Source of the DNA: Mobula hypostoma | Lineage: Eukaryota | Direction: 5' to 3' | Assembly: GCF_963921235.1 (NCBI RefSeq) | Contig: NC_086097.1 | Coordinates: 14,508,001-14,572,000, forward strand | DNA length: 64,000 nt | Part shown: in pieces, positions 49,047-61,446 of the stretch | Layout: every line of letters starts with the position of its first letter | Numbering within the stretch: the stretch's first letter is position 1 | Notes under the pieces: generated by a model | Databases searched by the model: none | What the model was told of the DNA's origin: nothing | Seen by the model: the letters and a program-made list of their open reading frames with translations, nothing else | Position numbers and translations under genes: made by a program

Positions 49047-51704
49047 TGGTCAAATATCCTTGTACTTCCTTTGCGACTTGATGATAGAATTTGCTTAAAA
49101 ACACCTCCACAAAGTAGCTTGAAACGTGTGGGGGGGGGGCAGGAACAGAAGGATATTCTGCTGGAGGACAGGCCATGGAGAATAAACCAGCTGAGTTCAA
49201 CAGCTGTTTGCCAAGTCGTCATGGAATTATTACCGGATAGGATAGAATCATTCAGCCCATCAAGTCAATGTTGTATCTGAGAATACAGCCTCATTCCACA
49301 ACACTACTACCATGCAAATTATGATCTGAAGTGCCTAGTCAACTCCCTTTTGAAATCCTCGATTCACCACCCTTACAGCAGCAAATTCCAGATCATAACC
49401 ACTCTCTGTATAAGGCTCTCTACATCTCATAATCTGTAATTTTAAGTCTGTGCTCTCTGCTCCTTATATCATCCGCCAATGGGAGCACCTTCTTTCTCAA
49501 CATGAATAAAGCAGCCGAGGTCTCATCAGCCTCTATCATCTCCAAGGGGAGTATCTTCAACTTCTCCAGTGTACCTCGCCGCAACAACAAAGCCAGGCCT
49601 TGGCTTGGGAACATTCGGCTTCAAAATAAAATTAAACAGAAAGAAAATAAATGTTTAAAGTTTTTAAAAGTCAGGCTACTAATTTCTTGCAAATGCCTGT
49701 AAGACGATGTATATCAAGGTGGTATATGGTAACATATGTACGCACTTTGATAATAAATTTGACTTTGACATTGATTGGCTTTTGGAAGGATTACCCATTT
49801 CCCTATCATCTGTGGTATGTGCCTTTTCTGAAGATATGCCTGGCTGCCATATGGTTCCAAAGACTTCTAGGAAATGCATCTCTGAAAAAAACACTCCCCC
49901 ACATGAGTGAGGCTCAATCTCAGTTCTGCACGTATTAATCCTTTCCTTGTACATACACGTGTAAAATGTCCAATACATTCACTTGCTGGAGAAGCATGTA
50001 CCTTAGAGAGACTGAAACTCCAGCGTGTCATGAATCAGCCAAACTCCTTTATTACCAATACAAGTTGTGATCAGCTGACTTCCATCTGTTAAAAACCTCA
50101 GTCATAAAGTTCTTTTTTAGAACATTTCACGGCGCACCCAATGAATATAACACTATAAAATCAACATCGTTCAGCATTTAATGTACAAACCAACTATGAC
50201 ACTGCCAGTACAAACATCGCACTGGTTCTACATGAACTGCAAAGCAAAAACGATTTTCCACAAATTCCTCAATTTATGTGCTCACCCTGAAATGGGGGGG
50301 GGGGGGCAGGGGTTGCAGGTTTGATATCCCAATTCATCAGATTGGCATCACATTAGGGTGCCAAGTCACTGTTTCATTTCTGGGCCACAAAGTGAAGGGA
50401 CAATTCCAAAATTCCAGAATAGTCACTGCCCCACACGTCACAACCAAATCCACACCTGGTGGCACACACACCGTGGACGTTTGAACACTCAGCATCCTGC
50501 TTTGAAGTGCCCATGCCACCTGCACCCCTGCCAGCACCCCCCTCCCGCCAACACACATACACCTGGGCATCGACATGCCCAGCCCCTGAAAGCAAGTTAA
50601 CTCCTGCGCTACCCACGCTGGAAGACTTGAATAACACAGGCAGCGTAATTTATAAAGCGGAGCCCCATGACACTTCTCTGAAGGGTTCCTGATGAGGCAT
50701 CTTGGAAATTCATTCCCGGACTTCTCCAGGCCAGTGCCTTAGTATTTGGCAACTCTTGTGGATGTTAGAGTTTCCACTGAGGAAGAGAGAGTGCTGGACT
50801 GGGCAGATGGCTTGCCAACATTCACAATTGCAGCTAAAACATTAAAAAAAATAACAAATAAAGGAAACCAAATGTGTTATATAAATAGAGCATTGCTGAG
50901 TAACCACAGAATGCAAAACAATCTCTTGAACAAACTCACTGAGTATTTTTGGTATTCAGCATCTCCCTGGAGGAAGATATTCCAACCCAATCACAATTAC
51001 ATCCCAGTTTTGTTTTTCATGTGTTTTAACCTCCAAGCCAGTTGCAATGATTATGGTGGTTGGGGTGGGGGCGGGGGGTGGGGAGCACTGGCAACAGTGA
51101 GTGTTCAAATCCTCACAAGGCATCTTCAGAGAGACGGTGCAGACACACAACCTTATCCTGGAGTGGTACATCTTAAAGTAAGGTCACATCAACCACTGCC
51201 AATCGTATGTCATGTGGAACGCAATGGAATTTTGCAGAAACAGGTACAGTTTCTTCACTTGTATTCTTCAGGTGGAAACACAAGAGTGCCTTCACAGAAA
51301 ATTACGAACTTACAAACAATTCATTGATGCTGGGATTCTCTAGAATGGTTCTGAACCACAGTCAGCTTCAGTCACAAGGCCTCAGATGCAGGTTGTGACA
51401 GAAAGATACACTGACTGTAATTGCAAAGAGTACTCTGCAGCCTAACAACTGATTATTAAAACTAACGATAATATGGACTTGTACTGCACCTTTGACAAGT
51501 AAATCAATCTAAAATGCTTTACAGATTTTTAAACATAGAATATAGAACAGCACAGTACAGAAGTAGGCCCTTTGGCCTACTATGCTGTGCCAAATTCATT
51601 AAACTAGTAATTAAATGGCTAACTAAACTAACTCCTTCTACCTACACAATGTCCATATCCCTCTATTCACTAACCATACCACCAAACAACTATATACAGA
51701 TAAA

Positions 51705-51990
51705 ATTTTTCACAATTCCACCAGGGGTAGGCCCAAGCCCGGCTGCAAAAGGAGAAGGTTTGGATCTTGGGCGACCAACCCCATCCCATTAAAATCTCAG
51801 AGCTATGGGAACACCAACAGAAGCTCCAAAGCTCTAATCCCTAGGAGAGAAAAGATCTTCGCCTAGAAGACGTATTAAGTCTTATGGTGAAAGTTGAAGC
51901 CACAGGGCCAATCAGCCTTTAGCCCAGGACAGAGCGCCACTGTTGATGGCCTATGCCCCAAAAGGAACGATAGGTTTAGGAAGAAGAAGA
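51705..51990 (+). mobile_element. Short RTE-like element with a decayed twister-ribozyme-like 5' motif
   Basis: cccaagcccgg...aaaaggagaaggtttgg...caaccccatccc at the 5' end; gatggcctatgcccc...gaagaagaaga tail. Confidence 0.55.
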
Positions 51991-53929
51991 GAGATTTTGT
52001 GTACAGCTGAGTTTAAAGAGAGGCTTGAGAGAAAGAGGCAGGAAGACAAAGATGTTAAAATGAGGACACATCCAAGTTTAGGATAGGACTGAACAAGGGA
52101 GGTCGGCAGGTGTTGAAGGATTGTGGATCACCAGAACAAGTTTAAGTAGGATTATGAGAACAAGGGTGAGAATTATCAAACTGCAGAAGGACAGAGTTAG
52201 ATAAAAGAAAATATTAAACTAAAGTTACAGCGGCTAACATTGGAACAAGTACAACAGGCCGGATCATACAACGTAAAGGTGATCAGAAACAGCAAAGGCT
52301 CCATTGTACCACCAACCTTCGCATGCAGGTAATAGTATAATTGCACTTGCACTCTTCCATTGACATTTCACTTGCAAAGGAATAACATCAGCCAAAGATT
52401 CATTCACTAAATTTACCCAACAATTTACCTCAAATAGAGAGAAAAATTCTTCACATTCCACACTGTCCCTAACTTTAGCCCAAACCAGCATTTAAATTGC
52501 TAAATTACCAACTGCGTGAACATTTTGAGCAAATTTTGGAATATGCTTGAAAAAAATACAAGCAACTGCAAACGTTAGGCATCTGACACAAAAAATGCTG
52601 GAAGAACTCAACAAATCAGGCAGCATCTGTGGAAAGGGAAACGTTTCATGTCTGAGGCCATACGAAAAATTTCAACATGGCAATTCTTTCCTTGCTTCCT
52701 GTTACAGTACGCACCCACCCACGCCGGCTTCTGGGGTTTAGAACATTCCAATTCTCTGGAGTATGGATTGCTGGCATGGCCCATTTAAAGAGCCAGGCCC
52801 TCTCCGCTAATTGGTGGCCATGTTTTGATACCAGGATTTTAATATTTAAAGAGCACCTGAATTCATGTTTGGTGCTTAATCGTCAGCTCAGCTTTAGTCC
52901 AGTCTACAGTTGTGTTTTTTGAATTTCTGTATTGTTCAGATTTTCGCCTAACATCTAGTCAAGAACCCTGCTCTCATCTCAATTCCGAAGCCGTAACTCA
53001 AGTCTAGCTTCAGATACTCCAGCACTTGGGTCATTACCATCCTCACCTAGGTCCCTCATCACATTGCCCATAGTTGTTGAAGTCAAGTACTGAACAGAAC
53101 TATAATATTAATCTTACTTTCAGTGTTGTGTGTGTTAAATATACTGCGTTGTGCAACTTGGTCCAGAGGAACATAGCTTCATTTGACAATATACATGTAC
53201 ACAGTTGAAATGACAATAAATTTGAACTTGACTACTGACACCTAATTCTCTCTCCAACATGTCTTTCCCTTCTTTTGATGAATATGTAGTACTCAGTGTT
53301 ATTTCTCCCTTTGCACATATTGGTCCTGTTATTTTTTAAATTTTTTATATTTTTTATTTTATGAAACATCTTTTTTTAAATAATGCTATTATTGTTCTGC
53401 TTTTGACATTTTTTAACGATGTACTGTAGCAACCTGTATTCCTTTCCTCGATTCATTTGGAATGGAAAACTAAGCATTTAATGACAGTCTTCATTTTATT
53501 AAATTGCAAACTGATTGAAAATCTCAGGAGATAGAGAAATTATGAAGGGTTAAATCCCCGATAACCAACGCAAATCTCCAGTGGTGTACAATCACTTTAA
53601 CCCAGACTTAACAACATACTCACTGTGGATACTTCATTTCACTTATACAGAGGAGTCTTTTGCACCTTGTCATTTATTTTTATATAGTAGTCAAAAATTC
53701 AAAATGTTTCTTTCTTAAATAGGCTGTTCACCCAGATGGGTCGGGGAATTAAACAGCAGACCTACGAACAACACACACCTTTCATACAGGTTAATAAAGA
53801 AAAAATACCAATAGTTTTATTAATCAAAAATTAAGTCTAATCCCAACCTGGCTCTCATTTTGTCAAAGTAAACATCCTTTACTGAAGTAATGTTTCATTC
53901 CACACTTCAATCACCTGCTCTGAGGAGTT

Positions 53930-54170
53930 ATTTATTTATTTAGCAATACAGCATGGAACAGGCCCTTCTGGCCCAACAACCCAACTATTTAACCCTCGCC
54001 TAATCATAGGACAATTTACAATGACCAATTAACCTATTGATCAGTATGCTTTTGGACTGTGGGAGGAAACCCAGACATTGACGGGGAGAATGAACAAACT
54101 GCTTACAGACGGTGTCGGAATTGAACTCTGTACTCTGACGCCTCGAACTGTTGCGCTAACTGCGGCGCCC
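53930..54170 (-). mobile_element. V-SINE
   Basis: (ttta)n start, ggacaatttacaatgaccaattaacc, ctttggactgtgggaggaaacc. Confidence 0.85.
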
Positions 54171-55054
54171 CACTCTGTTCAGTTCCTTCCCCGCGCCCCC
54201 CCCCGCCACCACCGTGCAAATCAGCTTGCTTCGTAACAGTTTCCTTCTAAACCTGTTCCCTTTTGCCTTCAACCAGTGGAAAGAAACTGAGACCCTGCCT
54301 GAACTTCTCAGAAACGTGAAGGCTCCTAAATGGCTTTCTCTAAGAGTAAAGCGACTGGGCAGGGATTTTCGGTGGTGGAAGCAACCCAAGGTCTAAGCTA
54401 GAAAGCAGAATGGGAGTTCCATTTAATGGAATTCTCATTCTGTGGAGATGTGACAACAACAACACTGTTGACAGCCTCTCCTGCGACTATTATACTCCCA
54501 GTCAAAGAATTATCTTCTTTTTTTATGAGTAAAGATGTTTTATTATCTGCCGTCTCTTGGGCCTCTACGTTTTATTAATAGTTTATTTATTTGTTACTGG
54601 CTACATACAGTATATTGGAATTATATTATGCTCCTGCCTCTGTTACACAGCATTCTGTGTATATAGAACATAAATTCTCCCACTAAACGATGGGGAAGCA
54701 ATTGCTTTATTTTTCTGTCCTGTCATGTTCTTTGTTTAAATTCTTGAGTACAGTAATAGGCATACTAGGCATGTACATAGACAATGCACGTTTCCCTGTT
54801 CTGAATTACAGGTTCATCTTGCACTTTCTTAACCTGCACACTGAATGGAATTCACCTCAAGGAGTCATGCTGGTGTTGGAATCTAGCTCAGTGTGATCAG
54901 CTGAACTTTCCCAAATCCACTCCTGTAACCCGGCAATTATAAAGAACGTAACGGAGGATAGGATTTCTATCGGAATGTCCGGACTCTGTCATTCCATACT
55001 TTTGGTAATCCAGGTGGATTTTTAAAATATATAATAGTTTCCATATAGAAACAA

Positions 55055-55103
55055 ACACACACACACACACACACACACGCGCGCGCGCGTGCGTATACGT
55101 ACA
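55055..55103. repeat. (CA)n(CG)n alternating purine-pyrimidine tract
   Basis: Read directly: acac...acacgcgcgcgcgcgtgcgtatacgtac. Confidence 0.9.
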
Positions 55104-55752
55104 CTCATTATTAGGTAGACCTGTACACTTGCTCATTGATGCAAATATCTAATCAGTCAATCATGTGGCAGCAACTCAATGCATAGAGGAACGCAGACAT
55201 GATCAAGAGGTTCAATTGTTGTTCAGACCAAACATGGGGAATGGGGAAGGAAGAAATGGAGAAGAAATACGATCTAAGTGACTGAACATGGAGTAATTGT
55301 AGGTCTTCTGGCATTTTCACGCACAACAGTCTCAAGAATTTACAGAGAATAGTGCAAAAAAAAAACTCAAAACATCCAATAAGGGACAGCTCTGTGGGTG
55401 AAAATGGCTTGTTAACGAAAAAAGTCACAGGAGAATGGCCAGACTGGTTCAAGCTGACAGGAAGGTGACAGTAACTCAACTAACCACACGTTACAGCAGT
55501 GGTGTGCAGAAGAGCATCTCTGAATGCACAACATGATGAACGTTGAAGTGGATGGGCTACAGCAGCAGAAGACTACAAACATACACTCAATGGCCACTTC
55601 ATTAGGCACAAGAGGTAACTAACAAAGTGGACACTGTGTGTATACATATGAAAGCCCACACATTGGGTTGTTGCTACATGATTGGCTGATTAGATATTTG
55701 CATTAACAAGCCGGTGTAGAAGTCTACCTAATAAAGTGGCCTCTGGATATAT
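55100..55752 (+). mobile_element. Internally deleted Tc1/mariner-type DNA transposon
   Basis: Inverted ends (ttattaggtagacctgtacac...tgcaaatatctaatcagtcaatcatgtggcagcaac against gttgctacatgattggctgattagatatttgca...gtgta..tctacctaataa). Transposase remnant RMARLVQADRKVTVTQLTTRYSSGVQKSISECTT**TLKWMGYSSRR at about 55432-55572. TA-rich flanks. Confidence 0.8.
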
Positions 55753-57319
55753 AAATATCTGTGTGTATGTATGTATAAAATATATGGCTAACTATTCCGC
55801 CTTTTGCCATAGATGTTTTAAAACGCGAAAGGCAGAAACCAGAAGAACAAGTTGTCTGGATCTGGATAGATTAAAATCTCTCATTGCTCTGACAAACAAA
55901 AGATAATATGAAAGCAAACTATATATAAAATAAATTCCACCTCTAAATGCCTGGGTTATTGTGTTTTTCTACCTGGTCATCTTAGATTTTTTAAACGAAA
56001 GCAAAAGAAAGTTTACCGCTGATTTCCTCCAATGTGTGTTGGAAGACGAGAAGCGACGTGCACTGGGGCTTTAAGCAGGCACTCTCCAACTAAAGGACTA
56101 CTGTCGTCCCCAGCTTATTCTAGCTGAATCAACAAGAAAGGTTCCAGCTGACCGGCAAATCAAAGGTGGTTTAAATGGTTGCCTTGTTTCCCTCTGCAGC
56201 CCTCACCTTCCCATTTCTATCCCCACCCAGACCCTACCTTTTCCTATTACACTCGTTGAATCAAAACATTCATAGAGCACAAAAATAAAGATAAATAGTG
56301 TTAACAGCCATGCCCATGAACCCTTGCCTTGAAGAGTCTGGAGACTTGAGCAGGACTTGAGTAGAAAGAGGGTGGAGAACTCCCAGGGTCAAGTTCAAAA
56401 CAGAGAATGGGAGTTTCAATTAATGGACATCTCATTCGAAGTTATGACTCCAGGATTTCCTCAGTGACACTGACAAAGTTGTGGGCAACTGCTTCTACAA
56501 AGAATTACTTTCTTTTTTTAATGATTCAGGAACAGCTTCTTCCCCTCTGCCATCCGATTTCTGAATGGACATTGAACCCATGAACACGACCTCACTACTC
56601 TTTTTTGTTATTCCTTTGCACTACATATTTAATTGAACTATGTTATATATATCTATATTTACTGAAATTCACCGTTTTCTTTTTCTCTCTTTTATTAAGT
56701 ATTTTGTTATACTGCTGCCGCAAAGTTAACAAATTTCACAACATATGCTGGTGATATTAAACCTGACTCTGATTGATATTTAATTTATTTATGAGTGGAG
56801 GGGGCCAAAAGTTTGCTACGTGAGTAAAATCTGAATGAAGACAAAACCCGAAACATTTTCATCCCATCAAGAACTATCTGAATGCCATACAGGGTTTCAC
56901 TGCCACAAAACTGGTTTAAGCATTGGCATTTTTTGGAGTGAAGCATGCACAAAAGTCAGTTTATACAATGGAACGTCCCACAATTATCAAACTGATGACA
57001 ACGGAGATAATTTATTTTTGTAACTGAAAGAGGAATATTGACCAGATCACCCCATCGTTCTTCAAAATATCACCGTGGGACCTTTCACATCCACCCTGTC
57101 CAGCCCTTGAGTTTAACATTCCCCCTAATGGGCAACATCCAGTTATCGTGACACTCAGGGGCACATTTGGTATCTGCTCTCAGGTTTCTGAAGGAAGATT
57201 TGAAGACCCCTGTACTCCAGCGATCCCTCTCTCTCGACGGTGAGTGAGAGCCTATCAGTCCATGTGTTGGTGGGCTTGGAGAAGTGATGTGCACGATTGT
57301 GACATTGGAACAGTGAGCT

Positions 57320-57655
57320 GTTGGTCTCTTGTTGTTGCAGGAGCGATCTCTCTCCCTCTCCATCGACTGAGAGAGAAAGCCTGTCTGAGATACCGAAGTG
57401 CTGGGTTTTGGACTGTAGTTTTTAATGGACTCCAGATCAAGGTCTCTTTGGGGGCTTTTGCTTCTGCTTGCATGCTGAGGGGGTGAGGTGTCAGTGCTTC
57501 TGTGTGAGGGGAGAGGGGGGCTTTGGGGTTCTGATGTTACTATCTTTCACTCTTTGGAGTCTTTTTTGTTTCGTGGATGCCTCTGTGAAGAGTAAGAATT
57601 TCAGGTTGTATACTGTATACATTCTCTGATATTAAATTAAACCATTTGAACCAAT
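57320..57655 (+). repeat. Unclassified interspersed repeat, copy 2 of 530-865
   Basis: Colinear similarity, for example gagcttgtctgagatgttgaagtgttggg against aagcctgtctgagataccgaagtgctggg. Confidence 0.75.
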
Positions 57656-58534
57656 GAAACGGACTCAGAAGCCTACCAAATGAGCTACAAGTAACGCAGG
57701 ACAAAGGGTTAAACTTGACACTCAAGCAGACATCTGTCCGCTCTTCTTGTGTTCCCTGAAACCTGTCTGAGGTAACGTTGCATGATAGCACAGTGTGTAA
57801 AGGATTTGTAGACCCAGCCGCAAGGAAGCAGATAATAAATTCAACAATCCAACAACTGTTTGAACTGAGTGAAATATTTCAAGACCTTTCACAGGAGTGT
57901 TACCTCAGACAAAACCGAGCACTAATCCTCTTGAGGAAGTGTTTAAAATTGGAAAGAAGCAGGGAAACTTGAGGAGAGAGTGTGAGAGCTGATGGCCCAG
58001 GCAACTGGCAGAGTCCTCTAACCGGGGTTAAACTCACACTACCTGATTAATAAGGCACAGTACGGCTAATCCAGGACCACAAACTGCAACGTAAAAGGCA
58101 GTTTGAGAGCTGCCTGTCACAAAGCTGCATCTTTCAAAATTAGCTCCTGCTTTAATCACACCTTGTAGACATTGTAACACAGGCTTCTTTGCCAAAAGTT
58201 GCTGAAGGTTTAAGCTCGCTGCCAACAGATCCCAGCTTTGAAATCTTGGGAACCAAGCCTAGTTCCTGTCAAAATTTTCCAACAACCAACTTAAGGTTCT
58301 GCACAACTTCAGTTTTAAGGTTCCACGTGAGCGTTTCTATCGACAGGTTATGGTGAAGGAAGGGAAAGAGGAGTCTAGTATCCTCCAGCTGCCCCAGGTC
58401 AGCAGGAGGTCCACGCCCGTGCAAGGCATTTATTTTCGCTCCCTTTCCAATCCCTTGGTACAATTCTACAAAGGCAAATACACAACCACACTCTTGCTAT
58501 CCGGTTCCTTAAGGTTGCTAGAGCCACCTTATTA

Positions 58535-59105
58535 AGGGGTAGTCGTGGGGATAAGCTCCCACTGCCTATCAAATACTCCCAACGGCATGCATCTCAAATA
58601 GCCTCTGACAACCACATCCAGCTCCTGGCCTTCATCTGTGGCTCAGCCATTAAGCCTAGCAGAACCTTTTCTGCGGGCAGGCGAAGGGGCAAAGGCAGGT
58701 TACTGATGCCTTAAAACCAGGTGCTTCGGGCAGATGGGGCTCATCAGCCGTGGTTGGCAGCTCATCTAAAAGGAGAACTCTGATCTCAAACCTCCACCGC
58801 CTTGGGGCCATACCCATTCATGATGAAGTCTTCGGTAGTAAAACCCTGAGGGGAAAATCTAGAGCTGGAGTCTCTAAGGCAGTCCTACACTGATTTCCAT
58901 GTTGACTGGTGACTCCTGGTGCCAAACTGTACTGGTCTTTGCCGTTCCTTTGGATTCATCAGCTGCGTGGAGAGGGGGAGTCTGCTGCACCAGAGCAGCC
59001 TGCTCTCCATATCGTACTGCCCTGGCTCTCATACTGGGTTGCTTATGACATAGACAGCTGGGACGCCATACACATGGTCAACCCTGGCCAACAGAGGCCT
59101 CAATT
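58535..59105 (+). mobile_element. Probable RTE-type non-autonomous element with a structured 5' region
   Basis: GC-richer block beginning gtggggataagctcccac (hairpin), with motifs resembling RTE 5'UTRs and no ORF. Confidence 0.45.
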
Positions 59106-60159
59106 CTTGGTACTTCTACAAAGGCAGATAAGCAACTCTGTTCTTATGTTGTCCTATTTCAGGATGTTGCAAGGAAATTACTTTGAAGTGCAGTCGTTCT
59201 GGTACTATCAGAAAAAAACCATCTAACTTTCACACAGAAAGATCCCACAAAAAATTTAGTGGTCACCGGACTGTTTGAATGATATTGGCTGAAGGGTAGA
59301 CATTGGCTGCTCCACCGGGAAGTTTGTTTGAAGTTATACCACCGTATGCCTTTATGCCATGCAATCACATGGCCACTTTAGTCAAAACCAGATCGGGGTT
59401 GATCACACGTTCCAGCTCTTGGCCCATGGCCTTGTTGAGTGTGATCTTCAGGTGAGCAAGAACCTGAGCCGCCGCAGGCACGGTCCACTGAGTTTAAAGC
59501 TTCCACTCAAAAGTATCCTCCTCAGTCGGGATTTAGCGTTCAGGTCCCTAACAAGCTAACAAACTGACCTAGCATCAAGAATGTCTTCCACTGCTTCGCC
59601 GTTGCCAGGATTAGTCAGCACACAGGGCAGCACCCAGCCCTGGTACCGGCACACTCTCTGCCCGCAGGGATATGGGGCTGTGGATATGGAGCAGGGACTC
59701 TGGTCAACCTCCAGCCACCTCCTCACCCTCCCTTCTCCTGTAAGTAGTGGATAAGGCTCCTTCGCTACCCTCACAGACACAAGGGAACCCAGGTGCTGGA
59801 ACCTGGAACCAAAAGCAAACCATTGGAGGAATGAGCCATAGAGCTCCTCCAGCCATTTGGCTTTTGCTGCCCGTAGAGTAACTCAGAACAGAAGTGCTAT
59901 CGATCCAGAGCAGCACTGGCTGACGAGGTTGCACCAACTTGACACACAAAAAGCATAAGCCCATAACGAGAGCTTACTCCAGTTGTCAGCAAATACCTTT
60001 ACATCATCCTTCACCTTCAGCGGGCATCAGTTCCAATGGCTAACTTATAAACTAATCACAACTTGCCAATCCTTGTTAGCTTATTTTGGATAGAAACTAA
60101 AGCGGCCTTTTTATCCTGTCTTCCTTCATTAACATAATAATTCATTCTTCAGCTTGACG

Positions 60160-60240
60160 CAGGGGTTCCCAACCTTTTTAATGCCACTGAGCTTCACCAT
60201 TAACCGAGGGGCGCGTGGTGCCCAGGTGGGGAACCCCTAG
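60160..60240. mobile_element. hAT-type MITE
   Basis: TIRs caggggttcccaacc / ggtggggaacccct. Confidence 0.8.
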
Positions 60241-60522
60241 TTGCCAGAGGGTGGTGAATCTGTGGATTTCAGTGCCACAGATGGCTGCGGATGGCAAGTG
60301 ATTGGCTATATTTAAAGTGGAGGTTAATTGGTTTCTGATTAATCAGGGCATCAAAGGTTATGGGGAGAAGGCAGGAGAATGGGGTTGACAGGGCTAATAA
60401 ATCAGCCATGATGGAATGGCAGAACTGAATCAATGGGCCAAATGGCCTAATTCTGTGCTTATGTCTATGGTCTCGGTGACACCATTTATTGTACAAGCAC
60501 TCAACTGTGTTTCAGATTAATC

Positions 60523-60588
60523 CAAGGGTTCCCAAACGTTTTTATGCCATAGAGCCTTACCACTAACCGAGGGGTCAATGGACCCCTG
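60523..60588. mobile_element. hAT-type MITE
   Basis: Same family as 60160-60240; 8-bp TSD gattaatc (60515-60522) / gattaatg (60589-60596). Confidence 0.75.
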
Positions 60589-61334
60589 GATTAATGTCTA
60601 CCCGATGCTTTGCTTTTTTTACCATTTGACTTCCAGCTTTCTAACCAGTACAATTCATTGAGCTGACACAAAGAGACAAAGAGACATGTCAAAAGGCAGT
60701 AAATCGGTCATGAGATCAACAGACAGCTGAAATGCTCTCTGCTTCCATCATTTTGCACTGTGTTTCCCGTGTCCTAAAGCAGCACAAACACACACGGTAT
60801 TAATTCCTTCCCTTTACTAAGGGTCTGTAACCTGGGGCTTCTCACAGATATACCGTCACACAATTACCTCATTGCTACTTAGGAACGTGAGAAAAGAGCA
60901 AAAAGGAGCAGGAGAAGGCCATTAGATCCTTTGAGGTTTCTCCACCATTTGACCAGATCTTGGCTGGTCTACCGCAAAGCCATTTTCATGCCCAATTTCC
61001 ATATCGTTTCATTCCTCCAGTTTCTGGAAATCTGTTTTGAAAACAGTCAGTGATTCCATCTCCAAAGCCCATTGGGGAAAGAAAATTGCTGAGTGATGAA
61101 AACTTTCCTCATTTCAGTCCAAAATTACCTACCCCTGAGAGTCTCTAGCCTCAAGTTCTACACAGCCTCCTAGCATCTATCCAGATGATTTATCTGAGAA
61201 TTTTGTACGTTTCAATGAAGTCATCTCTTGCTCTTCTGAACTCTGAAGAACTGCCTGCTCTATGTTTCACGTGGCAGGCCCGCCATACCCGGAACCAGTC
61301 TAGTTCATGTTTGCTGCCCTCCTCTACAGAAAGC

Positions 61335-61446
61335 ATTCCAAGATGCTGGAAATCCAGAGAAACACACACAAAATGCTGGTGGGCCAGGCAGCATCTATGG
61401 AAAGGAATAGAGAGTCGTTTTGGGTCAAGACCCTTCATCAGGACTT
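61335..61446 (-). mobile_element. Penelope-like terminus fragment nested in CR1
   Basis: Minus strand aagtc-CTGATGA-agggtcttgaccc-AAAA. Confidence 0.78.

Noticed and set aside
50746..51327. Longest ORF in the window (193 aa)
   Set aside because: Non-ATG start, a low-complexity G-rich stretch, no recognisable domain and no convincing splice context.
54240..54396. Polypyrimidine tract plus CAG resembling a splice acceptor, then WKETETLPELL...
   Set aside because: No recognisable protein and no partner exons in the window; cannot be supported without RNA data.
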